DNA of 61,264 bases, counting the filler. It is 4 parts of 4 records of this genome, joined end to end, with 100 filler letters (N's around TTAATTAATTAA, not from the genome) between each part and the next. Parts side by side here need not be neighbours in the genome. Positions count along the whole stretch, not along the records: positions 7,101 to 29,452 come from DRR723986_1331; 3 more parts are not named here. One strand, given 5' to 3'. Position 1 is the stretch's first letter, and each line of letters opens with the position of its first letter. This document shows positions 9,993-19,277 of this stretch, one piece after another. The position numbers and the translations under genes were made by a program. The notes beneath the pieces are model-generated. The model was not told the DNA's origin and ran no database searches. It was given only the letters and a program-made list of their open reading frames with translations.

Positions 9993-10497
9993 TGTTTTAA
10001 AGGGCTTAGTCACGGCAATTTGAGCGGCTCACGCTTGCGTGGCCTTTTTGAGTTTTTTGTTAATCACCGGGTCGGCAGCAGCTAAGCCAATGCACCTGAA
10101 GTATTTTTGGCTTGGAAGTTTGTAGCTGGAAGGTTTTGGACTCAATAATTGTGGCTGGAACCTTTGAACTGAAATGTTAAGAGTAATGATTCCTGATCAA
10201 TTGCTCAACGCTCAAAATCTCTTGGCCAAGCGCACTATCAAATGGCCAATGATCAACGACACTGCGACTTGCCCCAAGTTGAGATATAATAACAGAGTTC
10301 TGGGAGTTATTCTGCATCAGTTGGCTAAGGTTTGTGAATTGGCGCTGCAGGGATCTGAGTTGAGTTAATGAAATGCTCGCATTAACTCTCTGGTCTCCAA
10401 GTGCAACTTCCGCGCCGAGAGCAAGGACCAGGGAATGAGTTAAGCGTTGGAGGCGAGAGTGTTCCAAAGTGTTTCTTAGTTCAGGTTTGTGTAGCTT

Positions 10498-10530
10498 TAA
10501 AACAACAACGGGCCCTTTAAGGCCCGTTTA
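10498..10530 (-). terminator. Hairpin terminator downstream of the ATP-grasp gene (possibly bidirectional)
   Basis: AACGGGCC-CTTTAA-GGCCCGTT (10507-10528) with A/T-rich flanks. Confidence 0.6.
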
Positions 10531-10593
10531 TTTAATCGATCATTCTCAGCTAGTCAAGAATATGGTTTGTCTGCAATTTGAAGACCGCATTAC

Positions 10594-11523
10594 TCACGGA
10601 TTCAAGAACTTGCTCCAGGCGTATTCACTGGGGACTTTGCGGCCTTCTTTGGCCAGGTCGATCAGGAATTGAGCCGTGTGCTGCACAACCCACTCGAAGT
10701 TCTCATCCTGCACGGATGATGCTTCGGCGTCAGGAGCCGGGTTCATGTAGTCAATTGCGTATGGCACGTCGTTTTCCACAGCAAATTCTACCGTGTTAAA
10801 GTCGTAACCAAGCGCATTACAGATTTTAAGGCAGTATTCTTCAATCTGCTTTTTGCGTTTAGGTGTTAAGGAGAAGTCCGCCACGTAACGCAGGTGATGT
10901 GGATTGCGCGGGTCGTAGGGCATGATGTGCACATACTTGCGGCCAATCACATAACAGCGGTAGTATTCCGTAAAGTTAACATTTGACTGCAGGACCATCG
11001 TGGTATCGCCGGACTCATTGTAAGCCTCAAACAATTCCTGCGCATTGTCAACTTTGTAGACCTGTTTCCAGCCGCCGCCATCGTGTGGTTTGAGGAACGC
11101 CGGGAAACCGACATAGTCAAAAATCTCTTCCCAGTTCAGTGGGAACATCAGGTTGCGGAAGGATTCGCTGGTTGTGCCCTCAGGATGTTCCTTGGATGGC
11201 AGCAGTGCCGTCTTCGGTACCGGGACGCCCATCTGTGAGGCCAGTGCGTAGTTAAAGAACTTGTCGTCGGCACTCCACCAGAATGGATTGTTAACAATAC
11301 GTGTGCCCGTGAGCGCCGCGTTTTTTAACATGGCACGATAAAAAGGAATATCGTGTGAAATCCGGTCGAGAATAACGTCGTACTTGCTGAGGTCGGCCAT
11401 TTTGACCGCGCCTACTTTTATGAACTCGGCGCTGACATTGTCGACGTCCATGCTGTTGATGCGTTCGACCAGAGCCGGCGGGAAGGACTGTTCCATCCCG
11501 AATAACAATCCGATAGTTTTCAT
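10594..11523 (-). CDS. ATP-grasp (RimK-like) domain protein
   Basis: RIVNNPFWWSADDKF, GFPAFLKPHDGGGWK, LGYDFNTVEFAV, AIDYMNPAPD. Confidence 0.85.
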   Translation of the reverse strand: MKTIGLLFGMEQSFPPALVERINSMDVDNVSAEFIKVGAVKMADLSKYDVILDRISHDIPFYRAMLKNAALTGTRIVNNPFWWSADDKFFNYALASQMGVPVPKTALLPSKEHPEGTTSESFRNLMFPLNWEEIFDYVGFPAFLKPHDGGGWKQVYKVDNAQELFEAYNESGDTTMVLQSNVNFTEYYRCYVIGRKYVHIMPYDPRNPHHLRYVADFSLTPKRKKQIEEYCLKICNALGYDFNTVEFAVENDVPYAIDYMNPAPDAEASSVQDENFEWVVQHTAQFLIDLAKEGRKVPSEYAWSKFLNP

Positions 11524-11623
11524 GCTGGAGCCTCGCGATTAGGAGCGTCGCAGTTTAGCGTGTTACAACTGAATAGTACAATGTGTTTAATCGATCACAT
11601 ATTGGCGCAACAGAACGGAGGTC

Positions 11624-12634
11624 TTAATCAACGAGTATAACTTCCGTGTGTTCGCGTGCCGAAACGTACATCGCCTCAATAATGCGCATGCGCTCATATG
11701 CTTCACGTCCGGTAGAAACCGGCGGCACGTGCCCACGCACAGCATTCAGGAAATGCTGCAGTTCCGAGTGATATGATTTGCGAAAAACATTTTTGCGTGT
11801 TAAACCCTGCAGCGGGTTCGACTCAACTTCGAACTCCGAACCCACGCGTTTAACAACTTTGAGCGGGTTAACATAGGCGCTGCCTTGCGTCCCGAAAATA
11901 TTACAGTAGTAAACTTCATCCGGCCGCATCAGGGACCAGCTGGCTTCCATCGTTGCCACGCGGTTATCGCGGAAGTTAATGAAGCCGGTCACAAAATCTT
12001 CCACATTATCCGTTTCGTGGAAGTGCATGGCCGCGCGTACGGAGTGGACTTCGGCATAGTCAAACAGCCAGAGCATAATATCCAGCAGCACAATTCCCAG
12101 GTCCAGTAAAACACCACCGCCGGCGCGATTGCGTTGCTCCAGCCAGCGCCGTTGGTTGGAACGCTGTGAGAGCCAGCCGGACTTCATATAAAACAATTCG
12201 CCGATCTCGCCGCGTGTGATTTTATCCTTGAGCATCACAATGTCTGAGCGGAAGCGGTGATTCATCCCGACCATCAAAATGCGATCCAGGCGCTCAGCAC
12301 ATTCAACGATGGATTTGGCTTCGCGCGCGCTGCGTGAAATTGGCTTTTCAATAAACACGTGTTTGCCGGCTTCCATGCACGCTTCGGCAATTTCCTGGTG
12401 CCCGTCGGTGCTGGTGCAGATAAAAACTGCATCAATTCCCTCAATGTCCAGCATCTCTTCTACCGTGCGGCAGTAGTGCGGAACCGCATAACGTTCGGCC
12501 AGAATTTTAACTTTTGAGCGGTTGCGGTCACAAAGTACACGCACATCCACATTCTTGAGCGAAGTCAGGAATGGAATGTGAAAATTCTGAGCGATGTTGC
12601 CTGCCCCAATCAGGGCGACGCCGAGATGGCCCAT
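11624..12634 (-). CDS. Gfo/Idh/MocA family oxidoreductase
   Basis: IGAGNIA Rossmann motif, GKHVFIEKP, GGGVLLDLGI; start taken at MGHLGV (12634). Confidence 0.9.
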   Translation of the reverse strand: MGHLGVALIGAGNIAQNFHIPFLTSLKNVDVRVLCDRNRSKVKILAERYAVPHYCRTVEEMLDIEGIDAVFICTSTDGHQEIAEACMEAGKHVFIEKPISRSAREAKSIVECAERLDRILMVGMNHRFRSDIVMLKDKITRGEIGELFYMKSGWLSQRSNQRRWLEQRNRAGGGVLLDLGIVLLDIMLWLFDYAEVHSVRAAMHFHETDNVEDFVTGFINFRDNRVATMEASWSLMRPDEVYYCNIFGTQGSAYVNPLKVVKRVGSEFEVESNPLQGLTRKNVFRKSYHSELQHFLNAVRGHVPPVSTGREAYERMRIIEAMYVSAREHTEVILVD

Positions 12635-12879
12635 ATTCTTAGATCTATCGGAAACTGTGAGGCATGTTAAATTTGGTAAGCGGCATGCTTGCACCTAAAG
12701 GCATCACAAAATTAGCAAAAAAGCGCGGTCTTTTGCACAAGATTCAGCATAGACCGCCGATTTGGCGTTTGATGTTGCGCAGGAAACAGATGAACGGCTC
12801 GTGGACCTGCTGCGCTCGTTCTGGAATCTTACACGGCTTTCGACTTTCGGATCAATATTCCGGCATCTGGATTCGGCAA

Positions 12880-12957
12880 ACTATTCTGACTTATTATTCT
12901 GGCTAACTATTCTGGCTGACTATTCTTGCTAATCACTCTTGCTAATCACTCTGGGCG
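12880..12957. repeat. Degenerate 13-bp tandem array (6 units) overlapping the GT9 stop codon
   Basis: ACTATTCTGACTT / ATTATTCTGGCTA / ACTATTCTGGCTG / ACTATTCTTGCTA / ATCACTCTTGCTA / ATCACTCTGGGCG. Confidence 0.85.
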
Positions 12958-14079
12958 GGTCTTCTTGTTTGTACCTTGGGCTGCCTTTGGGCCAATCAGC
13001 TCCCATGCCGCTTGTAGCACCTGATCCGCAGAGGTGTCAAGCATGCAGCGGAAATGCCCGCGTGGGCATTCAGCGCGCCCAATATGGGTGCAAGGTCGGC
13101 AGTCCAGTTCCTGCTGCACAATCCTGAATTCCGTGCGGTAAGGCGCAAAACCAAAGGCCGGAGACGTAGAGCCAAAAATCGAAACGACCGGCACACGCCG
13201 CGCAGCCGCCATGTGTGCCACCGCTGAGTCGTTGGAGATCACAAGTTTACAGCTGTCGATCGCGCGCAGGCTCGCGGCCAGGGTCTGAGCATTCCCCGCA
13301 TCGATCAATTTTTCCGGCAGGTCAAAGTTGCGGCGGAATTCATCCAGGATCTCGGCATCCGGCGGACCGCCGAGCAAGACAATGCCTTGGGCCTGGCCAC
13401 TTTGGAGCAGTTTCCGGGCGGTCTCAGCAAATCTTTCGGCCGGCCAGCGCTTGGTTTTGTGGCGCGCTCCGGGCGCGAGACCAACGTACTGGGTTTCTTT
13501 CCGGGTTTCTTCGCTTAAAGTTTTGTTGTCCGGCGGGTAGACGCCCTTTGCCTTTTCACTGGCCAGCCAGAGTTCGAGTCCCTTGCCGTCATCCAGGGCG
13601 CTGCCGGTGCTCTGTGTGGTTTGTTGTTCGCCTGCTGCTGCGGTCGCCAGGTAACGCTCGGGAACGGGTGGGAGGGGGGCCGCCCTCTGATTTTTGGTCC
13701 AGAGGATGTGTAATTTGGCGCTGCGGAATTTTTTGATTTTGGCAATTCGTCGGCCCAGCCCACGGCGCACGCGTTTGGAACGGCGATTGTTCTGCAGGTC
13801 CAGAATTACATCAAATGGTTGGCCATCGAGGGGCGCCAGAAGTTCCTGACGCAGAGCAGCGTGGTCGCCATCGCGGTGATAATCGATGACGCGGTCAACA
13901 TGTGGTGAGTGCTCAAAGACTTCGCGGGCGCCGGCGGCGCAGAGCACGTGGATTTGAGCATCGGGATTGCGCTGCCGCAGAATGCGCGGCAGCGCCGAAC
14001 TGAGAATGATGTCTCCCAGCGAAGAGAGACGAATCAGCAGAATTGAGCGCGGATTAGACGGCCTGTTGTCAGTTCTCAT
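12946..14079 (-). CDS. Glycosyltransferase family 9 (heptosyltransferase-like)
   Basis: IRLSSLGDII, APGARHKTKRWP, ISNDSAVAHMAAA, IFGSTSP, CRPC...CPRGHFRCM. Confidence 0.92.
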   Translation of the reverse strand: MRTDNRPSNPRSILLIRLSSLGDIILSSALPRILRQRNPDAQIHVLCAAGAREVFEHSPHVDRVIDYHRDGDHAALRQELLAPLDGQPFDVILDLQNNRRSKRVRRGLGRRIAKIKKFRSAKLHILWTKNQRAAPLPPVPERYLATAAAGEQQTTQSTGSALDDGKGLELWLASEKAKGVYPPDNKTLSEETRKETQYVGLAPGARHKTKRWPAERFAETARKLLQSGQAQGIVLLGGPPDAEILDEFRRNFDLPEKLIDAGNAQTLAASLRAIDSCKLVISNDSAVAHMAAARRVPVVSIFGSTSPAFGFAPYRTEFRIVQQELDCRPCTHIGRAECPRGHFRCMLDTSADQVLQAAWELIGPKAAQGTNKKTRPE

Positions 14080-14602
14080 CCGGATTCATGGAAGGCAGGG
14101 GCAGTGAACCCGGAACGCCCATGACCGGGAAGTCTTTGCGCAGCGGATAAATCGGCTCATTGGTTTCGGGATCAACGTAATCTTCGGGCATGTAGAAGCG
14201 GCGCAGGTCCGGGTGGCCCTCAAAGAAAATGCCGTACATGTCATAGGTCTCGCGCTCATACCAGTCGGCGCTTTCCCATACCGGCACCAGCGAAGGCACC
14301 GAAGGATCTTTTTCGCCAATCGAGACACGCAGGCGAATGCGGTGTTTGCGCGTCAGCGAATAGAGCGTGTAGATGACGTCGTAGCGCTGTGGACGGCGGT
14401 CGTACCAGTCGATAGCCGTTACGTCGCGCAGTTGCTCGAAGCTTGTGTCTGGATTGTCGCGCAGTTCGCGGGTGGCTTCCACCAGGTCATCACTTTCGAT
14501 GGCGAAGGTCAGGTCACCGCGATGTTCGTAGACTTCAACGGAGCCGCAGATAGGAGCCAGGACTCCGCGGACAAGTGTTGTCGTATCTTTTGCATCTGCC
14601 AC
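14069..14602 (-). CDS. nuoC: NADH-quinone oxidoreductase subunit C
   Basis: DVTAIDW, ADWYERETYDMYGIFFEGHPDLRR, PLRKDFP; GTG at 14602 preceded by AAGGAGAG. Confidence 0.92.
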   Translation of the reverse strand: MADAKDTTTLVRGVLAPICGSVEVYEHRGDLTFAIESDDLVEATRELRDNPDTSFEQLRDVTAIDWYDRRPQRYDVIYTLYSLTRKHRIRLRVSIGEKDPSVPSLVPVWESADWYERETYDMYGIFFEGHPDLRRFYMPEDYVDPETNEPIYPLRKDFPVMGVPGSLPLPSMNPDEN

Positions 14603-14615
14603 GTCAAATCTCTCC

Positions 14616-15284
14616 TTAATCCTTATTGAGCGGTGTTTCCACCAGCGATTTCGATTTTTTCTTCCGCTCGCGTACGTAGTTGGGCACCGTGCCAAAAACG
14701 TAGTCCCAGAGCGGGTTGCTGACACCATAAGCCGACGAATCGTCCTGAAAATGGTGTTTCATATGATATTCCTTCAGAAAGCGGCCAATCGGGCCCTGCA
14801 TGCGCATGTGATGTGTGGCGTAGTGGATGCTATCGTAAGCCACGTAACCACACACAAAACCGGCAAAGACGGACTGCGCCGCGCTGCCCAGCAGCAGATC
14901 AAAAGGAATGTAAAAGAGCACTGCCAGCGGCACGCTGACCAGGAGGGGCATCACCAGGCGCGTGCTGTCACGCGGATAGTCGTGATGAATGCCATGCACA
15001 AGGAAGTGCAGCCGTTTGCCGGGCCTTGACTTGGGATGATAGTGGAACGCCCAGCGATGAATTGCATACTCAGTGAACGTCCACAGGAGTGCACCGGCCG
15101 CAAATGCCAGGGCAATCATCCAAACCGACAACTCCCCCACACTAAGCCAAATCATCCAGATCACCACCGGAACAAAAACAACAACCGGAGTGGCGGGATG
15201 TATATGCGAGAAATATTCGAGAATCGGATTTTCGAATAAAGGAATTGTTTCGTCTTTATTCGAAACAAATTTGGGTTTAGCCAT
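14616..15284 (-). CDS. Fatty acid hydroxylase / sterol desaturase family protein (FA2H/Scs7-like)
   Basis: His boxes EYAIHRWAFH, HGIHH, HYATHH, HMKHH; RLVMP; YGVSNPLWDYVFGT. Confidence 0.9.
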   Translation of the reverse strand: MAKPKFVSNKDETIPLFENPILEYFSHIHPATPVVVFVPVVIWMIWLSVGELSVWMIALAFAAGALLWTFTEYAIHRWAFHYHPKSRPGKRLHFLVHGIHHDYPRDSTRLVMPLLVSVPLAVLFYIPFDLLLGSAAQSVFAGFVCGYVAYDSIHYATHHMRMQGPIGRFLKEYHMKHHFQDDSSAYGVSNPLWDYVFGTVPNYVRERKKKSKSLVETPLNKD

Positions 15285-15495
15285 TGTTTGGCCTTCGGAG
15301 AATTGCACTGGGATGATTGCAGTAACTGCAATCACCGCGCAATCTACGCAAAAATCCGCATTTGCATGCCGGATTGCTGCCAGTTAGAGCGGTGACTTGC
15401 CGGGGCGGCAAAGGACGAGCGAGTAACTTTCGTAGTTTTGACAAAATCGCAATTATGCTGAGCAGTTCATGGACCGGAATTCTGTGGGAAGTACT

Positions 15496-16272
15496 ATGCG
15501 TCTGGATGGCAAAACAGTTTTGATTACAGGGGCTTCGGCGGGAATCGGCCGCGCTGCCGCCCGTGCGCTGGCAGCCCAGGGCGCCCGCCTGATTTTAAGC
15601 GCGCGCCGCCGCGAACGGCTGACCGATCTGGCAGCCGAATTATTAAAAGAACACAAAACCGAGTGCCACATCCTGGCGCTTGATGTGCGCGAACATGCGG
15701 CCGTGGAAGCGGCGGTTAATGGCCTGCCCGCAGACTGGCGCACGATTGATATCCTGATTAATAACGCCGGCCTTTCGCGCGGCCTGGAGCCTGTGCAGGC
15801 AGGTGTGCTCCAAAATTGGGAAGAAATGATCGATACCAACGTCAAAGGTCTGCTGTATGTATCGCGCGTTGTTCTGCCGCTGATGCTGGCGCGCGACGAC
15901 GGCATCGTTGTGAATATCGGCTCGATTGCCGGCCGTGAAGTTTACCCGGGCGGCAACGTCTATTGCGCCACCAAAGCCGCCGTCAAAGCGCTTTCCCAGG
16001 GCATGCGCATCGATACCAACGGCACCGGCGTGCGCGTTGTTAATATCGATCCGGGTTTGGTGGAAACCGAGTTTGCCGAAGTGCGTTTCCGCGGTGATAG
16101 CGACCGCGCCGCTCAGGTCTACGAAGGTTATACGCCGCTGCGCGGCGAAGATATCGCCGAGGCTATAGTTTTTGCCGTTACGCGCCCCAAACATGTTGAG
16201 ATTGCCGATATGCTGATGTTTCCCGCGGATCAGGCGAGTTCAACGATCGTCAACAAAAAGACTTTCTACTGA
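15496..16272 (+). CDS. SDR oxidoreductase (YdfG-like NADP-dependent 3-hydroxy acid dehydrogenase)
   Basis: TGASAGIG, NNAG, YPGGNVYCATK, DPGLVETEF. Confidence 0.9.
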   Translation: MRLDGKTVLITGASAGIGRAAARALAAQGARLILSARRRERLTDLAAELLKEHKTECHILALDVREHAAVEAAVNGLPADWRTIDILINNAGLSRGLEPVQAGVLQNWEEMIDTNVKGLLYVSRVVLPLMLARDDGIVVNIGSIAGREVYPGGNVYCATKAAVKALSQGMRIDTNGTGVRVVNIDPGLVETEFAEVRFRGDSDRAAQVYEGYTPLRGEDIAEAIVFAVTRPKHVEIADMLMFPADQASSTIVNKKTFY

Positions 16273-16274
16273 TT

Positions 16275-17405
16275 ATGGCCAATATCCGGCTTGAAGCCCT
16301 CAACAAAACATACGAAAATGACTTCCACGCTGTGCGTGACGTCTCCCTGGACGTCGCCGAAGGTGAGTTCCTGGTTTTGCTGGGGCCCAGCGGCTGTGGC
16401 AAGTCGACGACACTGCGCATGATAGCGGGCCTGGAAGACATCAGTTCCGGCAGCCTCTATTTTGACGGTCAGGACGTCACGCAGTTGGCGGCGCGCGATC
16501 GTGATGTGGGCATGGTTTTCCAGAACTATGCGCTGTATCCGCATTTGACGGTCTTTGAGAACATTGCTTTTCCGCTGCGCATTCAGAAGTTAAAACGCGC
16601 TGAGATTGACCTGCGCGTGCGTGCCATCTCGCATATGCTGGGCCTGGATGAATTGCTGGAGCGCCGGCCCAAACAATTGAGTGGCGGCCAGCGCCAGCGT
16701 GTGGCGCTGGGGCGGGCAATCGTGCGCGAGCCGCGCGTCTTCCTGTTCGATGAGCCGCTGTCCAACCTGGATGCCAAGCTGCGCATGCGCATGCGCAGTG
16801 AAATCATTGGGCTGCACCGCACAATTGGTGTGGCGGCCGTCTACGTGACACATGACCAGACCGAAGCGATGACGATGGGCGACCGCGTTGCGATCATGGA
16901 CGGCGGCGAGCTTGTACAGGTCGGCACGCCACGCGAAGTCTACGGCGACCCGGCCAACACCTTTGTGGCCGGATTTCTGGGCAGCCCGAGTATGAACTTC
17001 TTTGAGGGCGAACTGCAGGGGGGACGCACTTTCCGCGAACAGGCTGAAGGCATCAGCCTGCAGCTGGCAGATGCGGCGTTCCGGGGCGCAGCCCCTGTGG
17101 GCGACATGCGCGTAACTGTTGGAATTCGGCCGGAGGCACTGGGGCTTGTGGCCGGCGGCCCGGCGGCCGGCTCAAAGGCAGACTTGCAGACTTTTGAAGC
17201 TGAGCTTGAACTGCGAGAATACTTGGGGCATGAAATGTTGATTCACTTCCGCACCGGTGACAAACAAAAAATCGCCAGAAGCGCCGGAGTGCAGGCGGCT
17301 GCGACAGCAAAGACGAATGCAGGAACGACGGCACGCGAGACCCAGAAGTTTTACGTGCACGCTGAAGATATTTACGTGTTTGATGCTGAAGGCAAACGCA
17401 TGTGA
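16275..17405 (+). CDS. Sugar ABC transporter ATP-binding protein (MalK/UgpC/MsmX family)
   Basis: GPSGCGKST, VFQNYALYPH, LSGGQRQR, DEPLSNLDAKLR, VTHDQ; no permease genes adjacent. Confidence 0.93.
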   Translation: MANIRLEALNKTYENDFHAVRDVSLDVAEGEFLVLLGPSGCGKSTTLRMIAGLEDISSGSLYFDGQDVTQLAARDRDVGMVFQNYALYPHLTVFENIAFPLRIQKLKRAEIDLRVRAISHMLGLDELLERRPKQLSGGQRQRVALGRAIVREPRVFLFDEPLSNLDAKLRMRMRSEIIGLHRTIGVAAVYVTHDQTEAMTMGDRVAIMDGGELVQVGTPREVYGDPANTFVAGFLGSPSMNFFEGELQGGRTFREQAEGISLQLADAAFRGAAPVGDMRVTVGIRPEALGLVAGGPAAGSKADLQTFEAELELREYLGHEMLIHFRTGDKQKIARSAGVQAAATAKTNAGTTARETQKFYVHAEDIYVFDAEGKRM

Positions 17406-17440
17406 AGCCTGGGAACAACACGCCGGACGATCGGAGTGGT

Positions 17441-17488
17441 TAGAACTCCATATGCCTAGAACTCCATGTGCCTAGAACTCCATGTGGT
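17441..17488. repeat. 16-bp tandem triplication of the RDD gene 3' end
   Basis: TAGAACTCCATATGCC / TAGAACTCCATGTGCC / TAGAACTCCATGTGGT; the last unit overlaps the codons for HMEF and the stop on the minus strand. Confidence 0.9.
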
Positions 17489-18200
17489 TGTAGTCGCGCA
17501 TTACAGTCGTCAGGAATTTCACGGAATCCTCCGCAGATACCACACCCATGCGTTTTTTGATTTTACCGGCCGCTTTGTCGATGATATTCCCCAGGGCCCT
17601 GTTGCGCGGGCCTTCGTCGTAGCGATCCAGAATGGTGCGAATCAGCGCCACATCACTTTCGAGTAGAAATTCCACCTGCGGATAGTGAATGTTGTAGTTG
17701 TCGATTGACTCGGTCAGAATTGTGTCGGAGAGTGTCAGGCGTCTGCGAACCTGTACGACAGTTGTACCGGCGGCGATATCACCCAGGCGTTGCCCGCGTC
17801 CGTTGCTGAGAGCAATTACCAGGCAGAGGAGATTGAGACCAAATTTTTCAAGAAAGCCGATCAGCCAGCGCAGACAGTAGTCGCCGGCGCGTGCGCGTGT
17901 GCCGTTAAGCCGTACGACGCGGATCTCCATGAGGCGTTTGCCCACGGTTTGTCCATCCATTAGTGCTTCGCAGGCAAATTCGTAGATGAATGCCGGCGCA
18001 AAAAGCAGAGTCAGAATAGCGTTGAACATCAAGGTGCCGGAGACGACATCAAAGAGTGGCAAAATGATGAAAAGAGCACAGAGGAAGTACGCCACTTGAA
18101 TTAGAAAGTCGATACCGGCGGCGAGGATGCGTTTGCCGATGTTTGCAACTTCGTAGTCAATGGCGACGTTCTGGGCGGTGTCTATTGAGATTCTTTCCAT
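17472..18200 (-). CDS. RDD family membrane protein
   Basis: TAQNVAIDYEVA, KRILAAGID, GQTVGKRLMEIRVV, QRLGDIAAGTTVV; start uncertain (18200 or 18227). Confidence 0.9.
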   Translation of the reverse strand: MERISIDTAQNVAIDYEVANIGKRILAAGIDFLIQVAYFLCALFIILPLFDVVSGTLMFNAILTLLFAPAFIYEFACEALMDGQTVGKRLMEIRVVRLNGTRARAGDYCLRWLIGFLEKFGLNLLCLVIALSNGRGQRLGDIAAGTTVVQVRRRLTLSDTILTESIDNYNIHYPQVEFLLESDVALIRTILDRYDEGPRNRALGNIIDKAAGKIKKRMGVVSAEDSVKFLTTVMRDYNHMEF

Positions 18201-18284
18201 ATCGTCAGCTTTTTGTGTAATTTCCATTCCCCAGCAATTCTACCGGAAAAATACTGAAAACTCTGATGTCTAAGACAAAAACGC

Positions 18285-19277
18285 ATGCGTGAAATCACAT
18301 TTCTAAAACGCAACCGTGAGAAATGGGAGCGGTATGAGCAGGTAATTGCGAGTGCCCGCGACCATGATGCGGACACGCTTGCAGAGCTTTTTGTTGAATT
18401 GACTGACGACCTTTCGTATGCTCGCACCTATTATCCCAAGAGCAAAACTACTCAGTATTTGAATCAAATGGCAGCCGATGTTCATCGGATGATGTACCGC
18501 ACTGAACGTCGCAAGAGTTCTTCAATCAAAGAATTCTGGACGATTGGGCTGCCCCTGGTCATGGCCCGCCGCCAGCGTGAAATGTTGGCGGCGCTCTCGA
18601 TTTTTGTATTCGCAATCCTGGTTGGCACATTTTCACAGGCGGTGGACGATTCGTTTGTGCGCATGATCCTTGGTGACAACTATGTGAATACAACGATCAG
18701 CAACATCGAGAAGGGCGATCCGATGGCGATCTACAAAGACAAAGAACAGTTTGGGATGGCCTCGGTGATTGGGCTAAACAACATCACTGTGTCATTTGTA
18801 GCTTTCGTGACGGGATTGTACTACGATCCCCACACTGTGACGGTGCTGTTTCAGAACGGCGTGATGTTGGGCAGTTTTCAGTACATGTTTATTGAGCGCG
18901 ACCTGGGCCTGGAGATGTTTAAAACGGTCTACATTCACGGTGCGCTGGAGTTAAGCGCCATTGTGATTGCCGGGGGCGCCGGACTGATTTTAATGAGCAG
19001 TTTTTTGTTTCCGGGTACACATGGGCGTTTGCGCTCTTTTATGCTGGGCGCGCGCGACGGCCTCAAGATAATGTTGGGGTTGGTACCGGTATTTTCCGTT
19101 GCCGCGCTCCTGGAAGGTTTTGTGACGCGTTATACAGGCATGCCGCTGGCATTGAGTTTCCTGATAATCGGCGCGTCATTTGGATTCATTATTTGGTACT
19201 TTATACTGTACCCCAGAAAAATATCCAGAACAATTGCATTGAGAACTAGCGGAGTGCCTTTAGATGAGCTACAGTGA
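18285..19277 (+). CDS. Stage II sporulation protein M (SpoIIM/DUF95) family membrane protein
   Basis: MREITFLKRN, DLSYARTYYP, NGVMLG, IHGALELSAI, AALLEGFVT. Confidence 0.9.
   Translation: MREITFLKRNREKWERYEQVIASARDHDADTLAELFVELTDDLSYARTYYPKSKTTQYLNQMAADVHRMMYRTERRKSSSIKEFWTIGLPLVMARRQREMLAALSIFVFAILVGTFSQAVDDSFVRMILGDNYVNTTISNIEKGDPMAIYKDKEQFGMASVIGLNNITVSFVAFVTGLYYDPHTVTVLFQNGVMLGSFQYMFIERDLGLEMFKTVYIHGALELSAIVIAGGAGLILMSSFLFPGTHGRLRSFMLGARDGLKIMLGLVPVFSVAALLEGFVTRYTGMPLALSFLIIGASFGFIIWYFILYPRKISRTIALRTSGVPLDELQ

Noticed and set aside
10531-11597. 12-bp direct repeat TTTAATCGATCA (10531-10542, 11586-11597) flanking the ATP-grasp gene
   Set aside because: A repeated 12-mer is expected by chance in a 22-kb contig, and there are no other mobility signs
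14603-14728. Longer N-terminus of nuoC given by the ORF track
   Set aside because: It overlaps the hydroxylase gene, and the GTG at 14602 has a strong RBS
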